From assembly GCA_002269645.1 (NCBI GenBank), contig NIVC01002615.1, forward strand, positions 60,033 to 124,032: a stretch of 64,000 nt of DNA. The letters run 5' to 3'. The DNA is from Macrostomum lignano. Its lineage: Eukaryota. The notes below the pieces were generated by a model. That model made no database searches, was not told where the DNA came from, and was given only the letters and a program-made list of their open reading frames with translations. The translations under genes and the position numbers were made by a program. Shown here piece by piece: positions 1-12,798 of the stretch (positions are counted from its first letter, which is position 1; every line of letters begins with the position of its first letter).

Positions 1-489
1 AGGCACTACTAGAAGGAGTAGGCTTATATTAAACCGCAGTTTGGCGCAGGGATCCCCATTGTTAATTTGGAAGCTTCCTATTGGTCCGAACGACAGATTC
101 CGGCCGGAAATACTTCTAAAGGAAAGAAGAAGGAAACTCGGACCCGATCGACACCTGAAGACGTCTAGAAGTCTACAAGATCTACTGAGAGATCTACAGT
201 TGAGAACGACTCAAGAACGAAATCTAAGAATCCGGATTAAAGGTAATTGAATACCTTCATTTGATTACTGGGTTGCCTAGCTACAGAGCTAGAAGTGATT
301 GTTCCTTGATTACAGTTGAGGACTGGTAATAAGGAACACATCACCTTCATTCAGGTGGTTTTTTAAAACTCTGTTCTCTGGTCTATTTTTGGACATCTTC
401 GAAACAGAGTTTATAGTGAAGTTTAATGATTCTCCCCACTCATCTCATCTCTTCTTATCTCCACGCTGCTATCTCTTTCTGTCTGATTT

Positions 490-1395
490 CTCACCTCTGA
501 GCTCCCCACTCACTTTCACGCTTACCTCCAATCTCACCTTCACTCTCTACTCCCCTCTCACCTCCCTCTCACCTCCCTCTCACCTCCACTCTCACCTTCA
601 CTCTCTTCTTCACTTTCACCCCCCTCCCACCTTCACCCTCTTCTTCACTCTCACCTTCACTCTCTTCTTCACTCTCTTCTTCACTCTCCCCTTCACTCTC
701 ACCTTCACTCTCTTCTTCACTCTCTTCTTCACTCTCCCCTTCACTCTCACCTTTACTCTCACCTCCACTCTCACCTCCCTCTCACCTTCACTCTCTTCTT
801 CACTCTCACCTTCACTCTCTTCTTCACTCTCACCTTTACTCTCACCTCCACTTTCACCTCCACTCTCACCTCCACTCTCACCTCCACTCTCACCTCCCCT
901 CTCATTTTCACGCTTACCTCCCCTCTCACCTCCACTCTCACCTCCACTCTCACCTCCACTCTCACCTCCACTCTCACCTCCACTCTCACCTCCACTCTCA
1001 CCTCCACTCTCACCTCCACTCTCACCTCCCTCCCACCTTCACTCTCTTCTTCACTCTCACCTTCACTCTCTTCTTCACTCTCACCTTCACTCTCACCTCC
1101 ACTTTCACCTCCACTCTCACCTCCACTCTCACCTCCACTCTCACCTCCCCTCTCATTTTCACGCTTACCTCCCCTCTCACCTCCACTCTCACCTCCACTC
1201 TCACCTCCACTCTCACCTCCACTCTCACCTCCACTCTCACCTCCACTCTCACCTCCACTCTCACCTCCAATCACACCTCCACCCTCACCTCCCCTCTCAT
1301 TTTCACGCTTACCTCCCCTCTCACATCCACTCCTACTTTCCCTCTCAGCCCCCCTCTCACTTCCCTCTCTTCTCTCCTCTCTGCTCTCTCCCCTC
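490..1395. repeat. CT-rich minisatellite (core CTCACCTCCACT, ~12 bp)
   Basis: Direct reading of tandem ctcacctccact/ctcaccttcact variants; the ORFs over it are low-complexity. Confidence 0.95.
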
Positions 1396-2199
1396 GTATC
1401 TGTCTATCATTTTTTATAAATTGTCCACTCCACTCCCTGTACCTGCTTATAAGAGCCAGGGACTCCTAAAAGTAGCATCACTATCTCTAGAAGTCCCTGA
1501 TAAGAACCTTGCCAAAAATTCATTTCCACAATTCATAAATTCTGAATTCCAATTTAAAAACTAACGACAGCTTTACCATGCACGCCAGCACATTCCCAAG
1601 CCCCTTCACTTTATTTTGGCGCTGTCAATTTACCATTGCCCGAATTCTTCCAAATAAGGCAACTGCTAATCCTGTTTGAATACTATTATTAATAAAAAAA
1701 ATATTCAGCCCAAAGCAGCAGATGGCAAACAGAAACGCACCCAGTAAAATGCATGCACTAAGGTAAACTCGACAACAAAGGAGTGGGGAGGGAGGTTATT
1801 TAATTATGCCAGTTGCAGAACTTGCCGCAGCAGCTGAGTTGACAGCCAAGCACGGTGGCGCGGCCCTTGTGCAAACTCTGACAACTCCTCTTTGAGGCAG
1901 TGTTTTTTGCTAAATCACGCATATTATCACTTTATCATGTGCCTTTCCGGTTGTCATGGCGTGTCCATTTTGGTCTATTGTTAGTCTGTGAAAATATTAT
2001 AATGGCTAAAATGTGATCCTTAATTATATAGGAAAATTAAAAATTCTCAAGATTCTCAAACCCTCACACAGCGCGCGATAAAAGAGTACTAGAAAACCAA
2101 TTCTTAAATCTTTGAGTTTCCAAAATTGCAAAACTCGAAACCTAAACAAAAGCTCATAATTTCAAAAACAGGACACAAGCAGAACCTCAACCTAAACCA

Positions 2200-2748
2200 C
2201 AAAATCCAAACCTCAAAATCCAAACCTCAAAATTAAAAACCCAACCTCAAAATCAAAACCCAAACCTCAAAACCCAAACCTCAAAACCCAAACCTCAAGA
2301 CCCAAACCTCAAAACCCAAACCTCAAAACCCAAGCCTCAAAACCCAAACCCCAAAACCCAAACCCCAAAACCCAAATCCCAAAACCCAAACCCCAAAACC
2401 CAAACCCCAAAACCCAAACCTCAAAACTCAAATCTCAAAACCCAAACCTCAAAACTCAAATCTCAAAACCCGAACCTCAAAACCCAAACCACAAAACCCA
2501 AACCACAAAACCCAAACCTCAAATCCCAAACCTCAAAACCCGAACCTCAAAACTCAAACCTCAAAACCCAAACCTCAAAACGCAAACGTCAAAACCCAAA
2601 CCACAAAACCCAAACCTCAAAACTCAAACCTCAAAACCCAAACCTCAAAACCCAAACCTCAAAACTCAAACCTCAAAACCCAAACCTCAAAACTCAAACC
2701 ACAAAACCCAAACCTCAAAACGCAAACGTCAAAACCCTAACCTCAAAA
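2200..2748. repeat. 14-bp tandem repeat AAAACCCAAACCTC (telomere-like composition)
   Basis: About 39 degenerate copies; central copies read aaaacccaaacccc. Confidence 0.95.
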
Positions 2749-3577
2749 ACTTGCACCCGAGAGCCTTGAAATTGGAAAATCAAAAGCATGAGTACCCAAG
2801 TCCGTTCAGCCTCACCTGCATATGTAGTTGCCACCATATCAAGCAGCAATATACTCAGTCAATTCGAACCGGCTTGGAAAATCACTGTTGAAGTCCTCGC
2901 ACTTTTGCTCATTTCAAGATCCCAGCCGACTCAAACTTTATATATAAAGAATCGAATTCTCAAGCCCTCGGAAGTCACATGCTCACAGAATTATTGTGAA
3001 ATTGACTTTTTTTGCAGGACCAATTTCCTGTCAAAGTGCTTCAAACTGCCGAGCTTTCTAAGCCAATTCGATGCTCAGTTTCTGCGACGAGAGTGAAAAA
3101 AGCGGATCCGGGAAAGGCTCTAAGAGTCGTCTTCTTGTGTGAGCAAATGTCTGAAGCATGAAGTTTTCCCTCCATGGTAGGGGGGGGGGTGGTGGCTGCG
3201 TTTGCTGTGTGCGGAGGGTTCAGGGTTCCTGTGTGCGCCTCGACTTCCTCTCTCCTCCAGTCTGGCTACTCCCGCCTATTTTTAGTTGCCATGACGACCG
3301 TGTGACGAGACCATATAGGAGAAGCGAGCAAGCCCTGGGGAAGCGGAGAGGTGGCTGCTTGGTGAGAAATTGGAGGCAAAAGAATTTCGGCAATATATCA
3401 AGCAGCCTTATTGGCCTGCTGTCTTGCATTGAGCCAATGAGTCTATTGGGATGCATCCTCACTCTCTCTCTCTTACTCCCTCCCTCTCTCACTCCTCCAG
3501 CCAGGTGTGAACGGTAGGTGATAAACCCTGTCACAGCCTGTGAATCCCAACAATATAGAAAATTTTAACTTTGCCAG

Positions 3578-6500
3578 AAATACAGAAGCAGATATTTTTG
3601 AGGGCGAGAGCAAGTTGCTGCTGCAATACAGAGGTGAGAAGTCTGTAAGACGCCAGAAAGCTAAAAGCATTTTTAATGCTTCATTTCATGATGCTGTACT
3701 ACAGGAGAACTGACAGACACTTTTGACCCCAACTCAAAAGCTATCCATAAATAAGTACATGTACTTTGCTAATCTCTCTTTGACTCACCCGCTCTCTCCC
3801 CTGTCCCTCTCACTGTCACCCGCTCTCTCCCCTGTCCCTCTCTCTGTCACCCGCTCTCTCCCCTGTCCCTCTCTCTGTCACCCGCTCTCTCCCCTGTCTT
3901 TCTCACTGTCACCCGCTCTCTCCCCTGTCCCTCTCTCTGTCACCCGCTCTCTCCCCTGTCCCTCTCTCTGTCACCCGCTCTCTCCCCCTGTCCCTCTCAC
4001 TGTCATCCGCTCTCTCCCCTGTCCCTCTCTGTCTGTCACCCGCTCTCTCCCCTGTCCCTCTCTGTCTGTCACCCGCTCTCTCCCCTGTCCCTCTCTCTGT
4101 CACCCGCTCTCTCCCCTGTCCCTCTCTGTCTGTCACCCGCTCTCTCCCCTGTCCCTCTCTCTGTCACCCGCTCTCTCCCCCTGTCCCTCTCACTGTCATC
4201 CGCTCTCTCCCCCTGTCCCTCTCACTGTCATCCGCTCTCTCCCCTGTCCCTCTCTCTGTCACCCGCTCTCTCCCCTGTCCCTCTCTGTCTGTCACCCGCT
4301 CTCTCCCCTGTCCCTCACTCTGTCACCCGCTCTCTCCCCTGTCCCTCTCTCTGTCACCCGCTCTCTCCCCTGTCCCTCTCTGTCTGTCACCCGCTCTCTC
4401 CCCTGTCCCTCTCTGTCTGTCACCCGCTCTCTCCCCTGTCCCTCTCTGTCTGTCACCCGCTCTCTCCCCTGTCCCTCTCTCTGTCACCCGCTCTCTCCCC
4501 TGTCCCTCTCTCTGTCACCCGCTCTCTCCCCTGTCCCTCTCTGTCTGTCACCCGCTCTCTCCCCTGTCCCTCTCTGTCTGTCACCCGCTCTCTCCCCTGT
4601 CCCTCTCTGTCTGTCACCCGCTCTCTCCCCTGTCCCTCTCTCTGTCACCCGCTCTCTCCCCTGTCCCTCTCTGTCTGTCACCCGCTCTCTCCCCTGTCCC
4701 TCTCTGTCTGTCACCCGCTCTCTCCCCTGTCCCTCTCTGTCTGTCACCCGCTCTCTCCCCTGTCCCTCTCTCTGTCACCCGCTCTCTCCCCTGTCCCTCT
4801 CTGTCTGTCACCCGCTCTCTCCCCTGTCCCTCTCTCTGTCACCCGCTCTCTCCCCTGTCCCTCTCTCTGTCACCCGCTCTCTCCCCTGTCCCTCTCTCTG
4901 TCACCCGCTCTCTCCCCTGTCCCTCTCTCTGTCACTCGCTCTCTCCCCTGTCCCTCTCTGTCTGTCATCCGCTCTCTCCCCTGTCCCTCTCTGTCTGTCA
5001 CCCGCTCTCTCCCCTGTCCCTCTCTCTGTCACCCGCTCTCTCCCCTGTCCCTCTCTCTGTCATCCGCTCTCTCCCCTGTCCCTCTCTCTGTCACCCGCTC
5101 TCTCCCCTGTCCCTCTCTCTGTCACCCGCTCTCTCCCTGTCCCTCTCTGTCTGTCACCCGCTCTCTCCCCTGTCCCTCTCTGTCTGTCACCCGCTCTCTC
5201 CCCTGTCCCTCACTCTGTCACCCGCTCTCTCCCCTGTCCCTCTCTCTGTCTTCCCTTCCTGACTGTCTGTCTCACTATAGCCTACTGCAAATATAGACAT
5301 AAAGTTGTACAACTTTCTAACATTTAAAGTTGTAAGTAACATTTGCCAGCAGTTAAAAGAGACAGACCCCTTAGCTACCCGAAGGGGACCTCTGTTTTTA
5401 CAAAAATTGCTAATAATAGTGCGTTTTCTCACCTGTCTCAGGCTCTCGGTTACTAATGCAGCCCATGCTAGAAAATGAGCACTTCTCCAGCCTTGGTAGA
5501 GCGAGGCTGCAGCCTGGTTGCCACTCACTAATGAGTCAAATTTTAATGGCACCGCTGGAGTGCTTTCAACCAAATTGTGAGTTCCAGTACGGTCGGAAGC
5601 TGCTGATGGATTCATCTATGGTGTCGTTTGCTTGAGTAAACTGCTAAATTTATCAAATTAATTGCGTGTTCCACTAGGAGCATTTATACCCTGACATTTT
5701 ACACTAGATGGGGTATTTCTACCCTGACAGTTTACACTAGATGGGGTATTTCTACCCTGACAGTTTACACTAGATGGGGTATTTCTACACTGACTGACAT
5801 TTTACACTAGATGGGGTATTTCTACCCTGACAGTTTACACTAGATGGGGTATTTCTACACTGACTGACATTTTACACTAGATGGGGTATTTCTACCCTGA
5901 CAGTTTACACTAGATGGGGTATTTCTACCCTGACAGTTTACACTAGATGGGGTATTTCTACACTGACTGACATTTTACACTAGATGGGGTATTTCTACCC
6001 TGACAGTTTACACTAGATGGGGTATTTCTACACTGACTGACATTTTACACTAGATGGGGTATTTCTACCCTGACAGTTTACACTAGATGGGGTATTTCTA
6101 CACTGACTGACATTTTACACTAGATGGGGTATTTCTACCCTGACAGTTTACACTAGATGGGGTATTTCTACACTGACTGACATTTTACACTAGATGGGGT
6201 ATTTCTACCCTGACAGTTTACACTAGATGGGGTATTTCTACCCTGACAGTTTACACTAGATGGGGTATTTATACCCTGGCAGTCTACTCGGAAAAGGGTA
6301 TTGTAAGCAGAATTTATTCATAAAAGGGTATTTCTACCACCGGAAATTTACTGGATTAGTTCACAGACTTGAAGTCCATCCAGCTATCAAAATATTTTGG
6401 GAACAGATTCTTTCAGCAAACACTAGGAAATTGCACTGCTTTGACAAAAGCAACTCAGGAAGGAAAATTCTTCTCACGGCCGCCCCTGGCAACCTCATAT

Positions 6501-9500
6501 TGGTTGACAAACTGCTCAACATGCTTGCTCAGTGTCTCACTACTGAGTCGGTACTGAGTGCTACAACTCTCTTAGGGGAGACGTCCGGCGTCTGTTTGCA
6601 AGCCAAACAAAAGCTGCGTGCGTGCGTGAAGGGGGGGCGTTTCGGATACACATGCTATGATATCTTTTTTAGGAAGTATGCTTCAATCTGTGCTACTTGT
6701 AGTACTATAAATAGTTTTTCGACTAATAAAACTCAGTAATTTTTTTAGTCACATAAAAATACTCTATTTGGCGCAGCTCAGTTCTATTGAAATCTAGTTG
6801 GCGCCTCTAGGATCCAGTTGGCGTCTCTCTTGGATTTAACTGGCGCCTCTAAGATCTAGTTGGCGCCTTTGAGATCTAGTTGGCGCCTCTAGGATCCAGT
6901 TGGCGTCTCTCTTGGATTTAACTGGCGCCTCTAAAATCTAGTTGGCGCATCTAAAATCTAGTTGGCGCATCTAAAATCTAGTTGGCGCATCTAAAATCTA
7001 GTTGGCGCATCTAAAATCTAGTTGGCGCATCTAAAATCTAGTTGGCGCATCTAAAATCTAGTTGGCGCCTCTTAGATCCAGTTGGCGCATCTTAAATCTA
7101 GTTGGCGCCTCTAAAATCTAGTTGGCGCCTCTTAGATCTAGTTGGCGCATCTAAAATCTAGTTGGCGCCTCTAAAATCTAGTTGGCGCATCTAAAATCTA
7201 GTTGGCGCATCTAAAATCTAGTTGGCACCTCTATGATCTAGTTGGAGACTCTAAAATCTAATTGGTGCCTCTAAAATCTAGTTGGCGCCTCTTAGATCTA
7301 GTTGGTGCCTCTTAGATCTAGTTGGCGCCTCTAAAATCTAGTTGACGCATCTTAAATCTAGTTGGCGCATCTTAAATCTAGTTGGAGATTCTAAAATCTA
7401 GTTGGTGCTTTTAAAATCTAGTTGGCGCCTCTATTATCTAGTTGGCGCCTCTAAAATCTAGTTGGTGCCTCTAAAATCTAGTTGGCGCCTCTTAGATCTA
7501 GTTGGCGCATCTTAAATCTAGTTGGCGCCTCTAAAATCTAGTTGGCGCCTCTAAAATCTAGTTGGCGCCTCTATGATCTAGTTGGCGCCTCTAAAATCTA
7601 CTAGTTGGCGCCTCTATGATCTAGTTGGCGCCTCTAAAATCTACTAGTTGGCGCCTCTAAAATCTAGTTGGCGCCTCTAAAATCTAGTTGGCGCCTCTAA
7701 AATCTAGTTGGCGCCTCTAAAATCTAGTTGGCGCCTCTAAAATATAGTTGGCGCCTCTAAAATCTATTTGGCACCTCTATGATCTAGTTGGCGCCTCTAT
7801 GATCTAGTTGGCGCCTCTAAAATATAGTTGGCGCATCTTAAATCCAGTTGGCGTCTCTAGGATCCAGTTGGCGTCTCTCTAGGATCTAACTTGCGCCTCT
7901 AAGATGTAGTTGGCGCCTTTGAGATCTAGTTGGCGCCTTTAGGATCTAGTTAGGTGCCCTCGAATTTCAAAATGGTCAAACTAAAAAGCATTTCGGCCGA
8001 AAACGAGTCCTGTTTAATTGGAATCAGTAATCACAGCATTCTAATCTGGCCACAGCAACGGCAGCATACGGTTGAGCACGGTTGACCACTTCCCTGACGG
8101 CCAGTCCAACCCGAGTTGCGGAGGCTGTTCCGGATTTCCGGTTCGATGGCTTTTCGAGTTTGCACGATCGATTAGTCTGATATTCAATATTTCAATCTCA
8201 GCCTCTGGTAAGTAACTATTGATGTCCCTATAGCCACTGTAGTGAAGCATGAGCAAGTAATACAAGTTATGGTACCCGCAATTTGTAGAGCCTTTGCGCT
8301 TAGTTTACTTCACTGGCGAAATGTGAAAGACTGCTTTTTTATTTCTCTTCTCCCTTCCTCCCTCTCCTGTCCTCTCATATGCTCTCCTCTCCTCTCCTCT
8401 CCTCTCCTCTCCTCTCCTCTCCTCTCCTCTCCTCTCCTCTCCTCTCCTCTCCTCTCCTCTCCTCTCCTCTCCTCTCCTCTCCTCTCCTCTTCTCTCCTCT
8501 CCTCTCCTCTCCTCTCCTCTCCTCTCCTCTCCTCTTCTATCATCTTATCTCATCTCTTCTCCTCTCCTCTCCTCTCCTCTCCTCTCCTCTCCTCTCCTCT
8601 CCTCTCCTCTCCTCTCCTCTCCTCTCCTCTCCTCTCCTCTCCTCTCCTCTCCTCTCCTCTCCTCTCCTCTCCTCTCCTCTCCTCTCCTCTCCTCTCCTCT
8701 CCTCTCCTCTCCTCTCCTCTCCTCTCCTCTCCTCTTCTATCATCTTATCTCATCTCCTCTCCTCTCCTCTCCTCTCCTCTCCTCTCCTCTCCTCTCCTCT
8801 CCTCTCCTCTCCTCTCCTCTCCTCTCCTCTCCTCTCCTCTCTCCTCTCCTTTCCTCTTCTCTCCTCTCATCTCATCTCCTCTCCTCTCTCCTCTCCTCTC
8901 CTCTCCTCTCCTCTCTCCTCTCCTTTCCTCTTCTCTCCTCTCTCCTCTCCTTTCCTCTTCTCTCCTCTCCTCTCCTCTCCTCTCTCCTCTTCTCTCCTCT
9001 CCTCTCCTCTCCTCTCTCCTCTCCTCTCCTCTCCTCTCCTCTCCTCTCTCCTCTCCTTTCCTCTTCTCTCCTCTCCTCTCCTCTCCTCTCTCCTCTCCTC
9101 TCCTCTCCTCTCCTCTCTCCTCTCCTTTCCTCTTCTCTCCTCTCCTCTCCTTTCCTCTTCTCTCCTCTCCTCTCCTTTCCTCTTCTCTCCTCTCTCCTCT
9201 CCTTTCCTCTTCTCTCCTCTCCTCTCCTCTCCTCTCTCCTCTTCTCTCCTCTCCTCTCCTCTCCTCTCTCCTCTCCTTTCCTCTTCTCTCCTCTCTCCTC
9301 TCCTTTCCTCTTCTCTCCTCTCCTCTCCTCTCCTCTCCTCTCTCCTCTCCTCTCCTCTCCTCTCTCCTCTCCTTTCCTCTTCTCTCCTCTCCTCTCCTTT
9401 CCTCTTCTCTCCTCTCTCCTCTCCTTTCCTCTTCTCTCCTCTCCTCTCCTCTCCTCTCATCTCATCTCCTCTCATCTCCTCTCATCACATCTCCTCTTCT

Positions 9501-9732
9501 CTTCTCTCCTCTCCTCTCCTCCTATGCTCTTTTACTATTGTTACTAATCTGATGCTACTACTGATGCTTTGTTTCTTGTTTTTATGTCAGAATTTGTCAG
9601 TATAATTCAAATAATCTAACCTTAAAATTGAAATGCTTTATTTAATTACTCTTTCGTAATGTTTTATCAACAGCTAACATCATGAAGCAACGACTGGAAC
9701 GCTCCACCTTTTTGTTTAAACGGGCAATGTAA
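3578..9732 (+). CDS. Putative multi-exon gene of unknown function (3' part); exons 3578-3633, 5442-5576, 6367-6550, 8056-8207, 9674-9732
   Basis: Each exon has an AG acceptor and GT donor (GTGAGA, GTGAGT, GTACTG, GTAAGT), with phases matching 1-1-2-1. The joined frame is open: NTEADIFEGESKLLLQYRGSRLLMQPMLENEHFSSLGRARLQPGCHSLMSQILMAPLECFQPNYLKSIQLSKYF...FARSISLIFNISISASANIMKQRLERSTFLFKRAM*. The 5' exons were not resolved. Confidence 0.5.
3783..5249. repeat. 32-34-bp minisatellite (GTCACCCGCTCTCTCCCCTGTCCCTCTCTCT)
   Basis: About 45 tandem copies read directly. Confidence 0.97.
5690..6278. repeat. 33/37-bp minisatellite with a 70-bp dimeric higher-order unit
   Basis: Core TTTACACTAGATGGGGTATTTCTAC; cagtttacac recurs at 5761, 5831 and 5901 (70-bp spacing). 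Confidence 0.95.
6765..7950. repeat. 20-bp minisatellite ATCTAGTTGGCGCCTCTAAA
   Basis: More than 50 tandem copies with more degenerate edges. Confidence 0.97.
8385..9522. repeat. (CCTCT)n microsatellite
   Basis: Pure and degenerate pentamer run. Confidence 0.98.
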
Positions 9733-10111
9733 AAGAAGCAGAGATCGGAGTCTGTAAACTTATTGCAAATCTGATGATCAATATCGTTGTTTGCAAATAT
9801 TTTAATTTTTATTAAACCGCAAAAAGACAGACGAATGAGAAAATTTAGAAGAATTTGCATGTCTACACAGTAGACTTGGTTTTTAAGCGTGGGAGGAAGG
9901 AAGAAAAGAAATGTGTCAGTAACTAAGGCTTCTGAACCGCCATCAGAATGCTGTGTTGATTTACAGTTTATAGATTTTGAGGTGCAGAGCGCTAGCTTAA
10001 AGTGAAGCACTACAGAAATTTATCCAAATCCTTTGTACATTCTAATATAGATATTGCACCTTCACCTTACCCCATATTGTGTAATGTCTACGACCCTAAA
10101 CCCATCTAAAC

Positions 10112-10584
10112 CAGGGCCATGGCCAAAGTCCGGCGCTTAAGCCTTTCAAAATTTCACAATAGCAATCCAGCACGGGCAATGCGTACGTCTCTTCTAAGCG
10201 CTCTTCTCTCTCTTAATCTCCTCTCCCCACTCTCCCCTGTTTCCTCTCCACTCTACCCTCTCTCCTCTCTTCTCCTCTATTCCCTCTCCTCTCCTCTCCC
10301 CTCCTCTCTTCTCCTCTATTCCCTCTCCTCGCCTCTTCCCTCCTCTCTTCTCCTCTATTCCCTCTCCTCGCCTCTTCCCTCCTCTATTCTCCTCTATTCC
10401 CTCTCCTCGCCTCTTCCCTCCTCTCTTCTCCTCTATTCCCTCTCCTCGCCTCTTCCCTCCTCTCTTCTCCTCTATTCCCTCTCCTCGCCTCTTCCCTCCT
10501 CTCTTCTCCTCTATTCCCTCTCCTCGCCGCTCCCCTCTGGTCCGCAGCCATGAGCCACTAAGATACAACACTTTGCTGACCCTG
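10112..10584 (+). mobile_element. Degenerate hAT-like MITE containing a 39-bp minisatellite (10215-10537)
   Basis: Shares the identical blocks TCACAATAGCAATCC and TCTGGTCCGCAGCCATG with the element at 48330-48647. Ends are CAGGGCC... and ...TGACCCTG; the TSD is not conserved. Confidence 0.6.
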
Positions 10585-11003
10585 CTCAAATAAAAAGCAT
10601 AAAATAAGCTGCACTAAAACTAATCTACCATATAATATGAAGCAATTAAATTAATTAGTAAACAACAACTAAAAGGTTTGAAAAAGCTAGTTTGATTTAT
10701 ACAGGTAACATAAATAAATATTTAACTAAACTACCTTGAGTAGCACAGTTCAAACCTAGGAACTAAGTTATATGCCACAGTAACCTATTATTTATAATAG
10801 ATAGTTATCCAAATTCGAATTCGAGGTCATAAAAAGCAGTTTATAGCAGAGAATCTGTACACACGATATTCTACACGAACACAAGATAAAAAAGACGAGC
10901 AACAAAAGCAAAAGAATTTCCAATTTTTGTCTCTATAGAATTCAAATCGCGCTAGAGCTTCTGAACACGATGCAAGCCGTCGGGGGGTCTGCAGTGCGCT
11001 TGT

Positions 11004-11031
11004 CTATGAGAATCTGCTGGGTGCTTGAGAG

Positions 11032-11073
<42 letters not shown>

Positions 11074-11239
11074 ATCGCGGCGGCCCACTGAACTGGCGGC
11101 AGCTGTGGCAGAGGCAGCGGCAGCAAAGGGTGAAAGGGAAACGAACTTGCTGAGGGCAGCTGCGGCAGAGGCGGCGGCAGCGGGAAGCAGCTGGCGGCTG
11201 CTGCTGCGGCCTGTCTTTGAAGAGCGAAGAGGCTTTGCA

Positions 11240-11270
<31 letters not shown>

Positions 11271-11740
11271 GTGATGATGCAGCTGAAGATGCTGGAACAT
11301 CGGCGATGTTGGTTGGTGCTGCTGTTGTTTAACTGGGGTCAGAATTTGACTCTGTTGCTGCGGCTGCGGCTGCGGTGGCATCGGCGCTGACGGCTGCGAA
11401 GGTAGCTTCTTCTGCCTCGAGCTGCCCTGCTTTCGTGTCGACGAACTGGGAGTTGCGGCGGCGGCAGCGGCGGCGGCGGCAGTGGAAGACTGAGCCAGCT
11501 CGTCGATACAGCGAAAATTGATTTTTTTATCAGCTTTTATCAGCTTGCTGCCGTTCACCTGCTGTTGCTGCTGGGGCGTTGAGGTGAACATCAGGGCGGC
11601 AGATGAGGCCGCTGACGTCGGCTGAAGGGCGGCAGATCCGGAGGCTGCTCCCGGCTGCAGCTGATGATGATGTTTGGTGTCGCCGTTGCTGCACAGCTCG
11701 CCTGAAGTGTCCAGCTGCTGATTCTGGGTGGGCAGCTCGG
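11004..11740 (-). CDS. Probable terminal exon of the PRDM-type zinc-finger gene (poly-Q/poly-A/Pro-rich)
   Basis: Strong acceptor ttttttattttccAG at 11741 in phase 1, matching the phase-1 donor after finger 5 (18969). Open frame AELPTQNQQLDTSGELC...KKINFRCIDELA...QAPSRFS*. Assignment to the same gene is inferred from strand and phase. Confidence 0.7.
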
Positions 11741-11769
11741 CTGGAAAATAAAAAAACGATGTGATAATA

Positions 11770-12042
11770 GAGTCGAGCTTGTGAAAGAATCGAGCTTGTG
11801 AAAGAATCGAGCTTGTGAAAGAGTCGAGCTTGTGAAAGAGTCGAGCTTGTGATAGATTCGAGCTTGTGAAAGAGTCGAGCTTGTGAAAGAGTCGAGCTTG
11901 TGAAAGAGTCGAGCTTGTGAAAGAGTCGAGCTTGTGAAAGATTCAAGCCTGTGAAAGAGTCGAGCTTGTGAAGGAGTCGAGCTTGTGAAAGAGTCGAGCT
12001 TGTGAAAGATTCAAGCCTGTGAAAGAGTCGAGCTTGTGAAAG
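11770..12042. repeat. 17-bp tandem repeat GAGTCGAGCTTGTGAAA
   Basis: About 16 copies read directly. Confidence 0.95.
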
Positions 12043-12142
12043 ATTCTGCCTTTCGACGTTGTGAAATCCATGAGATGCAACTTGTGACTCCCAGAGTTGA
12101 TTTTAGAAAGATAACGCCTAGTAAAAAAAACTAATTCCGTAT

Positions 12143-12494
12143 TGTAACGAGGGAATGTCACGAAGACCCCCCGCTGAGTTTGGCCTGCGACGGTGGTCCG
12201 CTCACCGGGGGAGGGGGGCGAATTTAATTCCAGGGTGTCCTGGGTATTCATTATTATGCACGTCCCTGATAAGGAGGAGGCAAAGTGCCACTTTGTCTCT
12301 AAGCAGGGATTACTCTCAGTGCGCAATCGGAGGTCCTCCCAGCCCACTACCTGCTATAGTCTGTGTTTCTTTCCTCAGTTGCCATGTTGATTTTCCGTGT
12401 CAGTTACTTTTTATATTATTTTTTATAGTGTCCAAAGTTGCGCAAGGCCGGTCAGTCTGATTACGTAGGGGGTTTAAAAACTACCTGTGTAACA
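12143..12494. mobile_element. Possible solo LTR
   Basis: 352 bp bounded by TGTAACG... and ...TGTAACA (TG..CA), with an internal AT-rich signal-like tract. No TSD is visible. Confidence 0.3.
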
Positions 12495-12798
12495 GACATT
12501 TTTTATTCAGATGACGCAGGCTGGCACGGCGCCTTAGCAACAAACTAGTTAAACTGACTGAGAGGTGAATCTTCTTGGATTCATTCTGTCTCTGCATTAG
12601 GTACATCAGGTACTTACCATCGTGAGTCTTGATATGGGTTCTCAGATTGCAGAGCAGGGTGAAGCGCTTGGAACAGACTGTGCACTCGTGACGCTTTTCA
12701 CCTGTTAAGATAATTTAAGAGAATTGTCTAATTAAATTGTGATTATTGTCTATTCATAAGATGCCGAATAGTATCATCCATTCACTGACTAGAATACG

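Noticed and set aside
389-9605. Long Ser/Pro/Leu- or Glu/Arg-rich ORFs over CT/GA repeats (also 26605-27590, 32471-33413, 59278-60986, 62284-63156)
   Set aside because: These are translations of stop-poor microsatellites and minisatellites.
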